From positions 11,776,415-11,840,414 of the forward strand of contig CM082582.2 in assembly GCA_040954595.2 (NCBI GenBank): a stretch of DNA of 64,000 bases. Direction: 5' to 3'. Origin of the DNA: Balanoglossus misakiensis (lineage: Eukaryota; Animalia; Hemichordata). Both the position numbers and the translations under genes were made by a program. Below the pieces are notes generated by a model. That model saw only the letters and a list, made by a program, of their open reading frames with translations. It did no database searches and had not been told where the DNA came from. How positions within the stretch are numbered: the stretch's first letter is position 1; every line of letters begins with the position of its first letter. This document shows positions 37,510 to 49,976 of the stretch, piece by piece.

Positions 37510-40055
37510 ATTGAGAGTAGTTTTCCGCTGGAATCAGAAACTGTAAAAGAGATGTATACTTATTTTTATAAAGTTGCTCATCACCATCTCCACCACCACC
37601 ACAACCACCACTGACAATAGCCCTGATAATTTTAAACGGTGGCGCATATTAAATCCTGTATGCAATGCACGTGAGCCTAGGAATGGCATTGTGCTACCAG
37701 ACAATAGGCCACTTCTATGGCTCAAGTTTGACCTTTACAGTCTAGCATTCTGTCGGTAGGAGTTTGTTAGAGGTCGAGAAACTGGCCTTTTTACATACAA
37801 AATTTGCTTTCAAACAATCTCATCGGCTGTCGCCTTCCTTTAAGACCGTCCTCAGTAACCATTATACGTCCTGGCAACGGACTTACTCCACATGTCCAAT
37901 CTACACCAACTCCTCATGAATTGTCACGTTTACAAGTACTTCAGTTACACGTAGAGTTCTTTTCAATTGGACGATTGAACCTTGTATGAGCCCCCCCCCC
38001 CCCCCGAACTTATGCAACACAGGCTAGCCATGTTTCGTAAGCCAAGGTTACGAAAGAACATGTGCTCATTGTCGGGAATGAGAGCGGTTTTTGCCAATGC
38101 TGTCCCATGCTTGCCACGGGCGCGACACATGAAAATTGGTCTTAGAGTCAACTGCTCAAGACCATTCCTGGCCAAGCACCGTGATTAAATCAAAACCAAA
38201 AAGTGAAGAATTGTGCACGACGTAACGTTTCTCACGAAAAGGGGTCTAAAGCTCCGAAAACTAGCCACAAGTTGCGTCCCTTGATTGCAAAGAAATGATA
38301 GTACTAAAAGTTCTTGCCATTTATTGCTAAATTTACCTGACATATTATATTACACGAGTTCAGTCTTTTTTTTGATCCCAGGTCGAGGTCATTCGCCATT
38401 GTATGCCTAGCTACCCATGAACAGGTCGCAAGAACTAGGGCAATATAAACCAACCAACTTGAACCAAGCGTCACACCTTGGCAAAGATATAAGAAATCTC
38501 ACTTTCTAAAGTCTCTGCCTGATAATGTAAAACATACTCGCATACTAAAATGCTGCACACATTTTTCTAATGAGACATCGAACACCTCACACAAAAAGAA
38601 AAAAATAACATTACCTGTAATCACGCTCCACAAGAGAACAATAATTTTGCTCGTAAATTCTTTGGTAAGTAAGAACCCGTTGCAACTTTGCGCATGCTCG
38701 GCACGTGAAAACTTTCATTGGGTACGCGGTGTTATAAAATAATACCTGGTCTCTTCCCTGGTACAACCGCTGGGTGCGCTATCATAATCAAGTAAACACA
38801 ATGGGGACAATAAAATAGAACAAGGCAACCGTTTCTTGAGATGGACTTAAACGTTTGATATGAAAGCAAAATATATTTCAGAGCAAATCATTTGTGAAGA
38901 TTGGAAATGTGGTATGGTACCAAGCCCAAATTGTCTGTTCAAACAATTCTGACAAAATAGAAAAAGTAAAAAGGAGCACGCAGCGCATTTGGTAACAGAA
39001 GTCCAGATGGGTTGCCGTGACCTGGTACTTGTCCGACACTTCTCCAGGTGTTTTTATAGCGGAGTGCACCACCAACGAGATGGGGATAATCTGACTAGGG
39101 ATTTGCGCCTCGCCGTTGGTGGCGCTATCTAGGCCCCAAAATTCTGGTCAGGTGCATCAGTATCAGACCCAGCCCAAACACAATACACACAGCACAGCAA
39201 ATCTCCCAACGATATGTAACCACACAGTTTTTACATCCACCATATACAAAATGGCTGAATTCATGCAGGTGCTTTTCATTGTTCAATGGATTTTATTGCA
39301 AGTCCAAGATTACAACCCTGTATGTATAACGCACACTTTCTTACAATATGCAATCATTTTCTTGACCCCACTTGGCCCACTACATCGACATTATGTGCTC
39401 TGATTTCATTTCAAAAGTCTGAATCACCTGCAGTAGAAATAAACGACACTTCATATCACATTAATGACAATGTCACACTGCACTATACCACAGTGGCAGC
39501 ACTATCAATGACGAATGATGAAAAAAAACACAGAGTACTTTTTGGAACACTTTAAGACAGTACCGTATTTTGGCCAAAACTTGTGGAAACACCTTTGAAG
39601 TGCCAATAAAACAACTAATAATAAATTATATACACACATACAGTAGTTTTGAAAACTGAAAAAGGCTTTGGAACAAAATCATACAGTACAGCACCAGGAA
39701 TACCAGAAAGTGGTTCAGAACAAAAATACTATTTCAAGGTACAACTAGTGACTGTGTGAACTTCAGCTTTTTAGAAAAAAATAACCGTACATAACACATC
39801 TGTGAACAAACAGTTACACTTATATTAGAGTCTCAAAGGAAATGTGCTTCGGGTCCCAAACAACCTCACAGTCAATCACTGTTCTCAAAAAAGCTTCAGA
39901 CAACATGGGTTTCTTGCAAAATACACATCAACCTCAGCAAAATGAGGTCTGGGTCACGTGGTTACATAAATCTCCCAAACCTAGAGCTGTGGAAGTCCAT
40001 TGGCATAAATTGTGCAGTGAAGTCCCTACTATTTTACGGATAGCTGGCTTCCGGA

Positions 40056-40130
40056 AGGTCTTGCCAGGGATTGAACCCGGGACCTTCGGGGCGAGTGTCC
40101 CGACGCTCTAACCAACTGAGCTACAAAACC
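40056..40130 (-). pseudogene. tRNA-like element (tRNA pseudogene or tRNA-derived SINE head) with non-canonical 8-nt anticodon loop
   Basis: Minus strand reads GGTTTTG TA GCTC AGTTGGTTA GAGC G TCGGG ACACTCGC CCCGA AGGTC CCGGG TTCAATC CCTGG CAAGACC T. All four stems pair, with A box TAGCTCAGTTGG and B box GGTTCAATCCC. The anticodon loop is 8 nt and lacks U33. Confidence 0.75.
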
Positions 40131-40412
40131 AGATCACTGACCAGCTAGAGATATGCCGAAAGGTGTCTACTTGAAAAAGAAACAGTCATCAATGGAGACT
40201 TCCCACAACGCCAGATTCTGGAAACTCATATACCCACAGCAAATTTCAACAGAGGAAATCAAGCATACTTCTAATACCCATTAAAGACACTACCCATTAC
40301 CAACACACTTGTCGATAATTTGAGTTTTTGTCCTTTGAGAATGTACTAGTACTTCACTGGGGTAAACTTAAATCCACAGAGTTCCTGGTTCTCCTTACCC
40401 TCTGTTCTTGCA

Positions 40413-42069
40413 CTAATAATTCCAGCATGTGTCGCTGCACGGATCATTCGGAGTGAACAAGTTCAGATTGTTGACAATGGGAAATATCACCACTGACCCA
40501 ATCAGAGACCCGGCTTGCATACAGGCACCACACCAGATCAGGGCTCTTCGTCCGTTGTCTCGACAAATAGTTCCAATCATAACTTTGGTGTAGGTGAACA
40601 GTCCGGCCATCAGTACCCACGCTATGACCTGTGAAGAAATAACACAGATACATTATTTTCAGGGCTCATCCAGAAAGTTATGTCAGTAATTTCTGAGTAG
40701 AATTCACCATCTACTACAAACAGTCACGATAGTATACAAGTATGCACTTATTTTCCTGCCGGGAAAATGCATTTTGACCAGGCCAACTCTGACCATACGA
40801 AGTACGAACACTCACCACAAGGACTTCTCCCCACACACTGCCACACAGCAAAGGAGTGGGACTCTTCAAAGCCAGCCACATGATGTAGGACGCCACGGTC
40901 GTCCCGAGAAATGCCAGAGCACCAATCACACCGTTGTTTCTGGTCGGGAGGAAATAAACAATCAAGCAAGCAGTGGGGTTAGCAATCTGGCCGAGTGTCA
41001 CCGCCAGGTGGTAAGCCACGTTGCCATACGGCAGAGCGGAATATGACTGCACTGATGGCAGCACGCCGTTACTGAGCCCGTTCACCCAGGCCTGGATAGA
41101 CATCAGGAACACCCAGTCCCAGCCAGACAGTTTTCCTTCCTGCTCCGACTCTTTCTCTTTTGAATTGAATTCAACGTCATTCGGAAGGACCGGGCTTCGA
41201 CTGCTCTTGCTTATAGAGTCTTTGTAATAATCGTCAAAGTCTTCTCCCAGGTTTCCATCTGAGGACTTCAGCGATGTACTCTTGCCTAGCTCCCAACTGT
41301 CCGCTGTGCTGGTCGACTGAGAAACCGCCGCGTAGTCCTTGGAGCTTTTCGGTTTCAGACTGCCGATCTGCTCTCTCTTGGCAAGAGGCAGGTGGTTTAA
41401 CATTACAAAGGCCACTAAACTACAAAGCATCATTCCAAAGAGAATGAAAAAGAAAATTTCTAGGGAGAACCTGGCCGGGGGATTGTAGTATGTCATGTGG
41501 TAGAGTGTTGCGTTTGTGGTCGTGTTCAAATAAGTGCTGTTTCTGCACTCAGCATTTCCTCCCACGCCTTGTATGAGTGCGATGACGCTGGGTATGAGTC
41601 CACTGAGGCCTTCACCAATGAAATACGCCGTCATGTAACCCAGAGGGTACAGGGACATGAATGCAAGAAACGAAACTGATGAAGTACAGTCCACCAGCGC
41701 CAAACTGAACGAGAGACACAGCAGCACAGTGCTGTGCTCCACGCCACTGAAATAGCTGGTCACGTCCCAGAAGAACGCCAGCGCGATGCACGAAAGGCAG
41801 CCCACGCTGATGATGATGTAATTCGTGGGGATCTCGATTCTGCGGTTTGTGAAGCGGCTGGCGACCGTGAACAGCAAGGGTCCGATGTTGGCCACCTGAA
41901 TGATGATGACCAAGTAGGAGGGCAGGTTCCAGCCTTCTGGGAGGTAGTTGACCATGAGGGGAAGTTGCACCCACAGTCCGTTGATATCGATCCATGATGC
42001 CATACCCATCATGCACACCAGTACTTGCACGGTCAACAGCAATGGCTGCTTTTCACTCGACTCTGCCAT
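40413..42069 (-). CDS. SLC52 riboflavin transporter family, paralogue 4 (most canonical, SLC52A3/RFVT-like)
   Basis: Exons 42069-40816 and 40628-40413. ATG at 42069 follows a splice acceptor at 42081-42083. LPEGWNLPSYL, QVANIGPL, GEGLSGLIPS, NGLSNGVLPSVQSYSALPYG, IANP, QAGSLIG. Confidence 0.93.
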
Positions 42070-45000
42070 CTTGACACTGCCTGAGATTACTACACATAAG
42101 AAAGGAAGAAATTCAGAGAGACAATTGATACATTTGTCCGAAGGAAACATCTCCAAACACAGTACAACTAGTCTATGATGATGCTATTCTTGCTTTAACT
42201 GAACAAATAAATATGGATACCCCTATATTTTATCTGTATACATTTCAATATGTTTCCCCACACCATCTGAAACTGTATAAATGTCGAGATAAGTGTTGCC
42301 CACTATCACAAAACACTGAAATCAACAGACATGCATTGCAATGTACACACCGGTACTCCCTTTTTCTCTGTTGCTCTGGTCTTGAGGGTATTGCCTTCTT
42401 CAACACAACACCAGCCTACCCACACTTTACCTGCCTCTTGCATGTAGCAATTTCTGTGGATAACACTGCTATTGTTCTTTTGCAGAACTGCTATTTAGCA
42501 TGGAATATATATAGGGACTGACACAATTCCACTTTTAATTTTAGCTGCGTCTGGTATTTAACACTGTAATTTATGTTTTCTTTCCATTAGCAAACCAATC
42601 CAGAACAGGATAAAACGACTTGTGATCTTCTATTTTCCAATTTAAAAATGATCAGCTGAATTCAGTAATATTGCAGTACAGCCCACTCACACACTACCAG
42701 CAAATGCATTCACTAGATGCCATTCACTTTAAGCATTCATTCAACTCTCCTTACATAACACTCTCCCACTAACACAAAAGCTGGCTTTCATTGTCTCACA
42801 AAACGATATACATTATGTACTACCATGTGCTCAAGAAGAACCTACCCAGCTCTATTTCACATTGACGAGACACAAATTGCTAATTTACATGGATTTTCAA
42901 TGGAGATAGACAATGCAAATTTGTATAACTGCATCCCGCTATACCCACAGTCGCATGTGACTGCTGTTGAAATTGACAATAGTACGGCCATCATGAATTG
43001 TGGTTTCATAAGCCGTCAGTCACGTGCATGGCATGTTCTGGAAAACTCTAAGTCTTAACACCCAGAGGACCTGTGAGTTAAAGTTTAACAGTGAATAAAT
43101 GGGATCACGCTAGGTCAACAGACTCATTATAAACATTATTTTCTTCAAACACACAGCTGATATTCTAGAAAGTTCCATACTCAATTCTTCAATGACCGCA
43201 GCCAGGTCAGGTCAACCACGGTCACGCCACCGTGGGTCAACTTAGAGCGATCCCAGCACCACCTCTGCAGTCTTTACTCAAACGATTAAAATAATATTCA
43301 TTGCTCAAAGAATTCAGGCCTTCATATAAACAATGTTCTCCAATATGGTGCAGGCAAGGACACACAAAACTGTGTAAAGTTTCTAGTGTGAGCTTTTAGA
43401 ATATGTAATGATTGAACCAGTGAAATGTGTACTATGACCACATGTCACGCTTCTTACGGTGTGAATAGCTCCATCTCAGTGAGTTTTGTTTCAAAGTACA
43501 CATAAACAACAAAATGAGAACATGCAAGGCGACTTTACTTGGACCACACACAAACTTATCAGAATCAGATATGGACTATGAGGAAGGACAGAGTTGGATA
43601 TTTGCCATTTCAGAGGAAATCATTGCATAAGCAACTGTTGCAATGGATCTATATATGACATTTTATCTAGTGTCAAGGAATTGTATTTTTTTCCCTCTAG
43701 TATCCATGCTTATGGCTTCAAATACCATTTACATGAAATCTAAGAGTTTGCGTGAGTGGCTGTTCAGAAACTGAGCAATACATATACTCTCCTTTACAAA
43801 GACTGACTCTTACTTCTGAGAAGATATCTGGAAAAAATGCCGCAATCATAGACATTTGACTGTCTATTTTGCAAGTGACTCACCAATTACAGGACTGTAG
43901 CAGGATCTTCGAAATGAAGCAGGTTACCTTCAGATGCCCAATAAAGCTCTCTCACCAGATCAGCTATATATACGATCCCTGTTATGTAAATGATATGCAA
44001 ATTATTATAAATGTCAGTAAATGCTAAAGTTCACCACATTGTCAAATGGCTTCGCAGGGAAAATGGCACAGGTTTCTCACTTCCTGTTTTGACAATATTT
44101 CTGGCACAGCTCCTAATGAATGGAACAGTAATGTCCAACTTTCATGTTTTATATCCCCCCCCCCCCCCCCCCCCCAGTGATAAAACAGCCCAGGGCAGGC
44201 ACACCGGATCTATGGAGTTACATAACACTCGATCTGAACCCAAGTCCGAGTCTTCGCTGTTGTATATTGAAGCATTACACCAAAACAAATGCATGACACT
44301 ATTAGAAAATGTCAGATAGTCTGCAAAATAATTTAAAAGTCACCTCCAGCTGGTACAACACAACACAGAGACAATACGAGTATACCATGACCCAGCATTC
44401 AAACATCCAAATGAGCATGCGTGAACTGATCTTTACATTACACCTAATTACCATGCAAGGCACATGTGCTTGGCTTCCCTTGCTATATTTTTCCACAGAT
44501 CTGGGAATGGGTTAAAACTTAATATTCCCTCTATGGATAGAGGGACCATGGTAAAGTGTGTGTTTTGAAAACTCTAAACTGGGGCTTGCAAAGCCTTGGC
44601 TGCAATCTTAAAGATGACCCAAGGTCAATGTTTGTATTTGTTGCACATGACTGTATTTACCAAAAAGAATCTGATATCTCTTCCATCAATAATGCTGGTA
44701 CTGTGACCTACTTATATAAGATTGATGGGTTTAGTGGGGTGGCTTAGGTTTGCTTGCTGACCCATGTAACTTATGACCCCTTTGCTCAGGGTTGATAAGA
44801 TAATTGGGGTAAGAATAAGATTAAAGTTGCACATATTTTCTACGTTTTCAAATGTTAGGGACAGGGTCTTCCAGAATATTCTCAGTGAAGTCACTCAAGT
44901 ACCCCCCCCCCCCCCCCAAATCAGTTCCTTGTAAAGAGGAACCTGTTCGTTTCCAAATCCCGGATGTGCACCATATGTACGGTTAGTGACCTGCTGCTGC

Positions 45001-46106
45001 TGATCAATTCATTCATGACCCCTTTCACATTTTCAGTAACTGTACAACATTCGAAACAAAAATTGTGGGGGATATAACAACACTGTAATTTGTTAACAGT
45101 AATTAAGCACTGTGGAGAGGGTGAAACGTCAACAAACAGACGGAAGTAGGCCATATGTCGTCTGCTTGTCCGATTTCATATTACTAATAAAATTCTTTCA
45201 CAAAGTACTACGTAATCTCTAGTGTGTCTGAAGCATTTTTCACGAACATACATATACACTACATGTATTCACAATGCGACGTCGACGTACGTAGTCTGTT
45301 TACGAATTATTCGTGGCTGACGCACAATGACAGTGCACATTGTGACGTGAAGATTGACGTGTGTGCATTCTTAGTCTTACGTGACATTGCACTAGAAGAC
45401 ACTGACTAGTACTGGTTGCGTCGTCGTAAAACATAGCTGTTTGTTTCTGATGACATTAAATCCATTCAAAGGATTGACTGAATACGGTCAGATTTCTAGA
45501 GTCACGCTATCTATTCCACATTCGTTCTCGCCGCAAGCCACCTCCATCAAGTGGGCGTGGCCCGGTGTCCCTGATGAAGATCAAAACCTTTCCGGCATCG
45601 CGCTATGCTGACCAATAAATGGTTTAGTTACCCCTTAGATGCTCTAACGTAGAGTAGTGGAGGATACACTTAAATACAAAGACAACACAGGAATACCTAC
45701 CTTTCGTCGTTCCATGCGAAGGTTTGATTCGTAATTGGACGTAAAAGACCAAGGACAGCTGACACTGTACTGACAGTCGAGTCGACGATGGAGTTTTTTA
45801 TAAGTACCGCGTGAGGGCGCATAGACATTTTTAATCACCAACTTAGAGAGTCCGCCTCGGTCAGCTGTTGTACTTGGAGTTGTCGCTTGCAAAAGGGTAA
45901 CCTTCGAATTATGGCCAGACGATCAAGCTAAATTCGCGTGCAGATTAATTGATTGAATGTTGTGGGTTGATCGTGACCAATTGCCCATCCCTATGACCCG
46001 AACTACTCTGTCTGGACCTTCAGTAAGTTATTGGACGACGCGGCGTCTGCTGCAGTAACCGTTGAAAGTTCGATCACATTGGAGTGAGGGCGTGTGTATT
46101 GTAGGT

Positions 46107-49100
46107 ATGGCGTCGCGAAAGAGAAAGAGCGGTAGTTTGAATCAAAGCATTTTGCAAAGTTCGTCGTCGAACAGCCACGTTGCCAAAAGAGCGAGACCTT
46201 CTCCACATAGTGTCAGGGACTGGAGTGTTTCAGATGTCTACAATTTCCTTGTTATGAAAGGATTCAAAGATGTAGCAATGCTATTTCGCCGTAAGTGTAA
46301 CTATCTAGCTATGGTGTGTTTACATTTCAACAGGGGTACAATATGTTACATTTCTGTGTTCGTCCACATACTAAGGTCCACATGTATTCGAATATCATGT
46401 CACACACATGTTGTGACGATGGAACAATGCATTGATTACTGCTGAAAACATGTTGCTCTTGGACCTGCTTGGTTTTGTATGGCCCATCAACACCGCATAA
46501 ATTACAACACCTTTATACAATATACTAGTACTAGTACAATGTACATGTACTTACTACATGTGATGTGACCACTGCCCAGGTCTGTTGACAACCCCCTCCA
46601 TACACATTTTTTCTTCTTCAGGCCATGAGATAGTTGGTTCAGTGCTAACTGATATCACAGAAGACAGACTACAAAGTTTAGGAATTGAGTAAGTTTCTTT
46701 GTATTAATCACTTTCATATGTACACTGTACCAGCATCCAATGAATTGACACCAGGGAACCTGCATAAATATAACCCCTTCTTAATATGAAAGGAATCACT
46801 TGTCTTTCAGAAAGTTGGGCAGACGACTGCAACTTGTGCAGTTGTTGAAGGAGCTTGTGGATACCAGTGAGACCTGTAACCTGAAGGTGAGGAATTCATT
46901 CTTCCATGAGAAGATCTGCAATATTCAACATTTCCTGTTGGTTTGGTCATTTGAATTGGTACAGCTACAGAGAATTAATACTGAAACAGACTGTTGGATC
47001 ACACTGTTTTTATTTTGCAGGTTTTCAATGATCCCATTCATGGACACATAGAACTGCATCCACTTTGTGTCAAGATAATCGACACACTACAGTTCCAGAG
47101 ACTAAGGGACATCAAGCAACTTGGCGCTTGTTATCTCGTCTTTCCTGGAGCTGCTCATAACAGATTTGAGCATTCCATAGGGTGAGTCATCTGCATCAGA
47201 AAATTAGTCATTCTAAGAGTTTCATCTCGACAAAATGTAGTGAATATCGTATTGTGTGTTTTATTATTTTGTTTTGTGTAGGGTTTGTTACTTGGCAGGT
47301 CAGCTAGCCAAGAGACTGCAAGAGAGACAACCAGAATTACAAATCTCAGATGTCGATATACTTTGTGTTCAGATTGCTGGACTCTGTCATGATCTGGGTA
47401 AGTCATGATTACCTCCACTCCTACTGATATGCTGCTTGAAGGTCTAATGTCCCCAAATGAAAACTTGGAATGCTTTTTTCCATTCCCAAACCAAGCTGGA
47501 AAGTTGTTCTTGGATTGACTTTCAAACTTGTGGTCATTTTCAGGTCATGGTCCATTTTCACACATGTTCGATCAGCTGTTTATACCTGTGGTGACACCGG
47601 ACACCAAATGGAAGGTGAGTACTTTAACCCTTTCACCACCATGGTTCAGTCCACGCCCATTGTTTTCTATGGTAAAGTTGGGCCTCTAAAGAGGGAACTG
47701 GGTGTGACAGGGTTAATGGTGATTTTGTCAATTTTGCAGCAGATTCTTGCCAAACTGCCATTTTCGAGACACAACAATTTTCGCTGATTTCACATGTTGA
47801 TTTCTACCTAGCACGAGGAAGCCTCAGTGGAGATGTTTGAGTACTTGATAGAAGACAATCACTTACGCCAGGTGTTTGAAGATTATGGCTTAACCACAAC
47901 AGACATTACATTCATCAAGGAACAAATCGCAGGGCCTCTCAGAAGCACGGACAACAAAGTGAGTATTTCAGTATAGGAAAAACACAAGTGATTGCAGAGC
48001 CAGTGTATACCTGGATCAGTTGAGCACCAATGAAACACCAACAGTTTTCTACACTTGTGCTTGACCTCTGAACTATTTCAGGGTGAATGGCCTTACCATG
48101 GCAGAGACAGGGAGAAGAGTTTCCTGTATGAGATTGTGGCCAACAAGAGAAATGGCATCGACGTGGACAAGTGGGACTACTTTGCTAGAGACTGCCATAA
48201 CCTGGGAATCAGGAACAACTTTGATTACATGAGATTTCAGCAGTTTGCCCGGGTTATCAAAGTGGATGGGGACTTTCAGATTTGTTGCAGGGAGAAGGTA
48301 TGTCCTGGAAATCTTAGGTTGTCCATTGTAAAGCACCTAACAACATTTGCCAACAAAGATAGGGTAGTTCACCTTGATATGTGGCCATAGGGAGTTTTCA
48401 TGGTTGACACACATTTCACACTATCATGTAATCTCCCCTCAACAGGAGGTAGGCAACCTGTACGACATGTTTCATACGCGGAATACACTACACAGGCGAG
48501 CTTATCAACACAAGGTGAACAAGATTGTCGAATCCATGTGAGTATCTGCCCATTCATCATCATGCAGGGAAACAATGCTTATCTGTATAACTGACCCAAC
48601 ACTGCTGCAACTCAGTGACTGCAACTTGCTTCTATTGTTATTACAGGATTGTAGAGGCGTTGGTCAAAGCTGACGACCACATCAAATTTCGTGGAAAAAA
48701 TGGGTAAGAAGTGTGTTTTCACGTCTGCCTTACTTTGATAATGTCTAATCGTAATGTTAAAATTAATACTGCCATATCAATTGACCCACAGGAAACTGTA
48801 CAAGATCTCTGAGACCATCAAGGACATGGTGGCCTACTGCCAGCTAACCGACTACATTGTAGACCGCATTCTGCAAAGCACTGAACCTGAACTTGAAGAG
48901 TCAAGGTTGCTGCTCACAAAGATCAAGTGCAGGCAGTTGTACAAGTGCATCGGGCAGACACAGCCACCAAGTGATGTCTCCTTTGCTCAGGTAGTTTGCA
49001 CATTCATTCATTTAGAGGAAAGGATCTTTGATACTTGAGGATTTTGTATAGCATGCACTTTATATTTTGATTTGACCTGATCTTATCTTGTGTACCCAGG

Positions 49101-49976
49101 ATGAAGTTTCCACCATCAAGGAAGAGATTTCTGGCATCTCCCATGAAATGGACTTTGGGGAGGATCGTATTTCACCAGATAGACTTGTAGTGCATGTAAG
49201 TATTCTGCCATGTTCAACAATGGAAGTTCATAAGCTAAAGCAATTCTGGGTGTAGCTATATTTGGTGAAACGTGTACAGAGCTTTTAAATATTTGTTAGG
49301 TCACAGACACACACATAATTTTTGTTTCGTTGTTCATTTCACCAGGTGGTCAATCTTAACTACGGAATGGGAAATGAAAATCCCATTGACCATGTCAGGT
49401 TTTATTCCAAGGACAATCCTGATCAAGCCATGAAAGTCCGTAAGAATGAGGTGAGCAACAGTTAGAAAAGGAATTTGATTCGGTTTCAATTTCTCAATCA
49501 ATGCATGGACTTACAGAATACATTCATTACTGGTTCATGTACACTGACCTTCTAGTGTGAACAGTTCACAGTATGTTGACAATCGGCCATTGCAGGTTTC
49601 TCAGATGTTGCCAGAGAAATTTGCTGAGCAGCATTTGCGTGTGTACAGCAAGGATAGCGACCCTAGGAAGTTAGAAGTGGCGATACTCTCTTACCAAGCT
49701 TGGTGCAAGAAAAAAGGATTTGCGAAACCCAAGGTGAGTTGTTGCCCTTCTGTTTGGCTGTTCATCAAAAGACATCACGAAGATACAGCAACAATAGACA
49801 TGTTTGTAGCAATTGTTTTTAACATGTGTCTCTGACTGACTCTTTCTCTCACCTTCCAGGCTGGGAATGCTATTCCGGAGTTGACGCCATTGAAGCTGAA
49901 CGCAGAAGAGCGACCGGAACCAAGTGATCGCTCTGGGGAACATACTCCAAAGAGTAAAGGAAGGCTATCATTCTGA
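46107..49976 (+). CDS. SAMHD1: Deoxynucleoside triphosphate triphosphohydrolase SAMHD1, about 15 coding exons
   Basis: Exons approx. 46107-46290, 46622-46688, 46811-46886, 47021-47181, 47282-47397, 47544-47614, 47812-47958, 48082-48297, 48446-48537, 48647-48702, 48792-48990, 49100-49195, 49346-49450, 49596-49733, 49860-49976. N-terminal basic NLS (RKRK, KRAR); SAM domain ([23 protein letters not shown]); [62 protein letters not shown]; C-terminal LTPLK. Confidence 0.96.
47624..47716. mobile_element. About 85-bp non-autonomous MITE with TTAA target-site duplication (piggyBac-like) in a SAMHD1 intron
   Basis: TTAA-CCCTTTCAC ... GTGACAGGG-TTAA: 9-bp terminal inverted repeats with 1 mismatch, CCC..GGG ends, TTAA on both sides. 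Confidence 0.72.

Noticed and set aside
42070-42156. N-terminal extensions of the SLC52 ORFs in the ORF track (also 34334-34417)
   Set aside because: They run through splice acceptors into intron; paralogue alignment favours ATG 42069 and ATG 34333.
43055-43081. TTAAC...GTTAA mini inverted repeat
   Set aside because: Only 27 bp with imperfect arms; insufficient to call a MITE.
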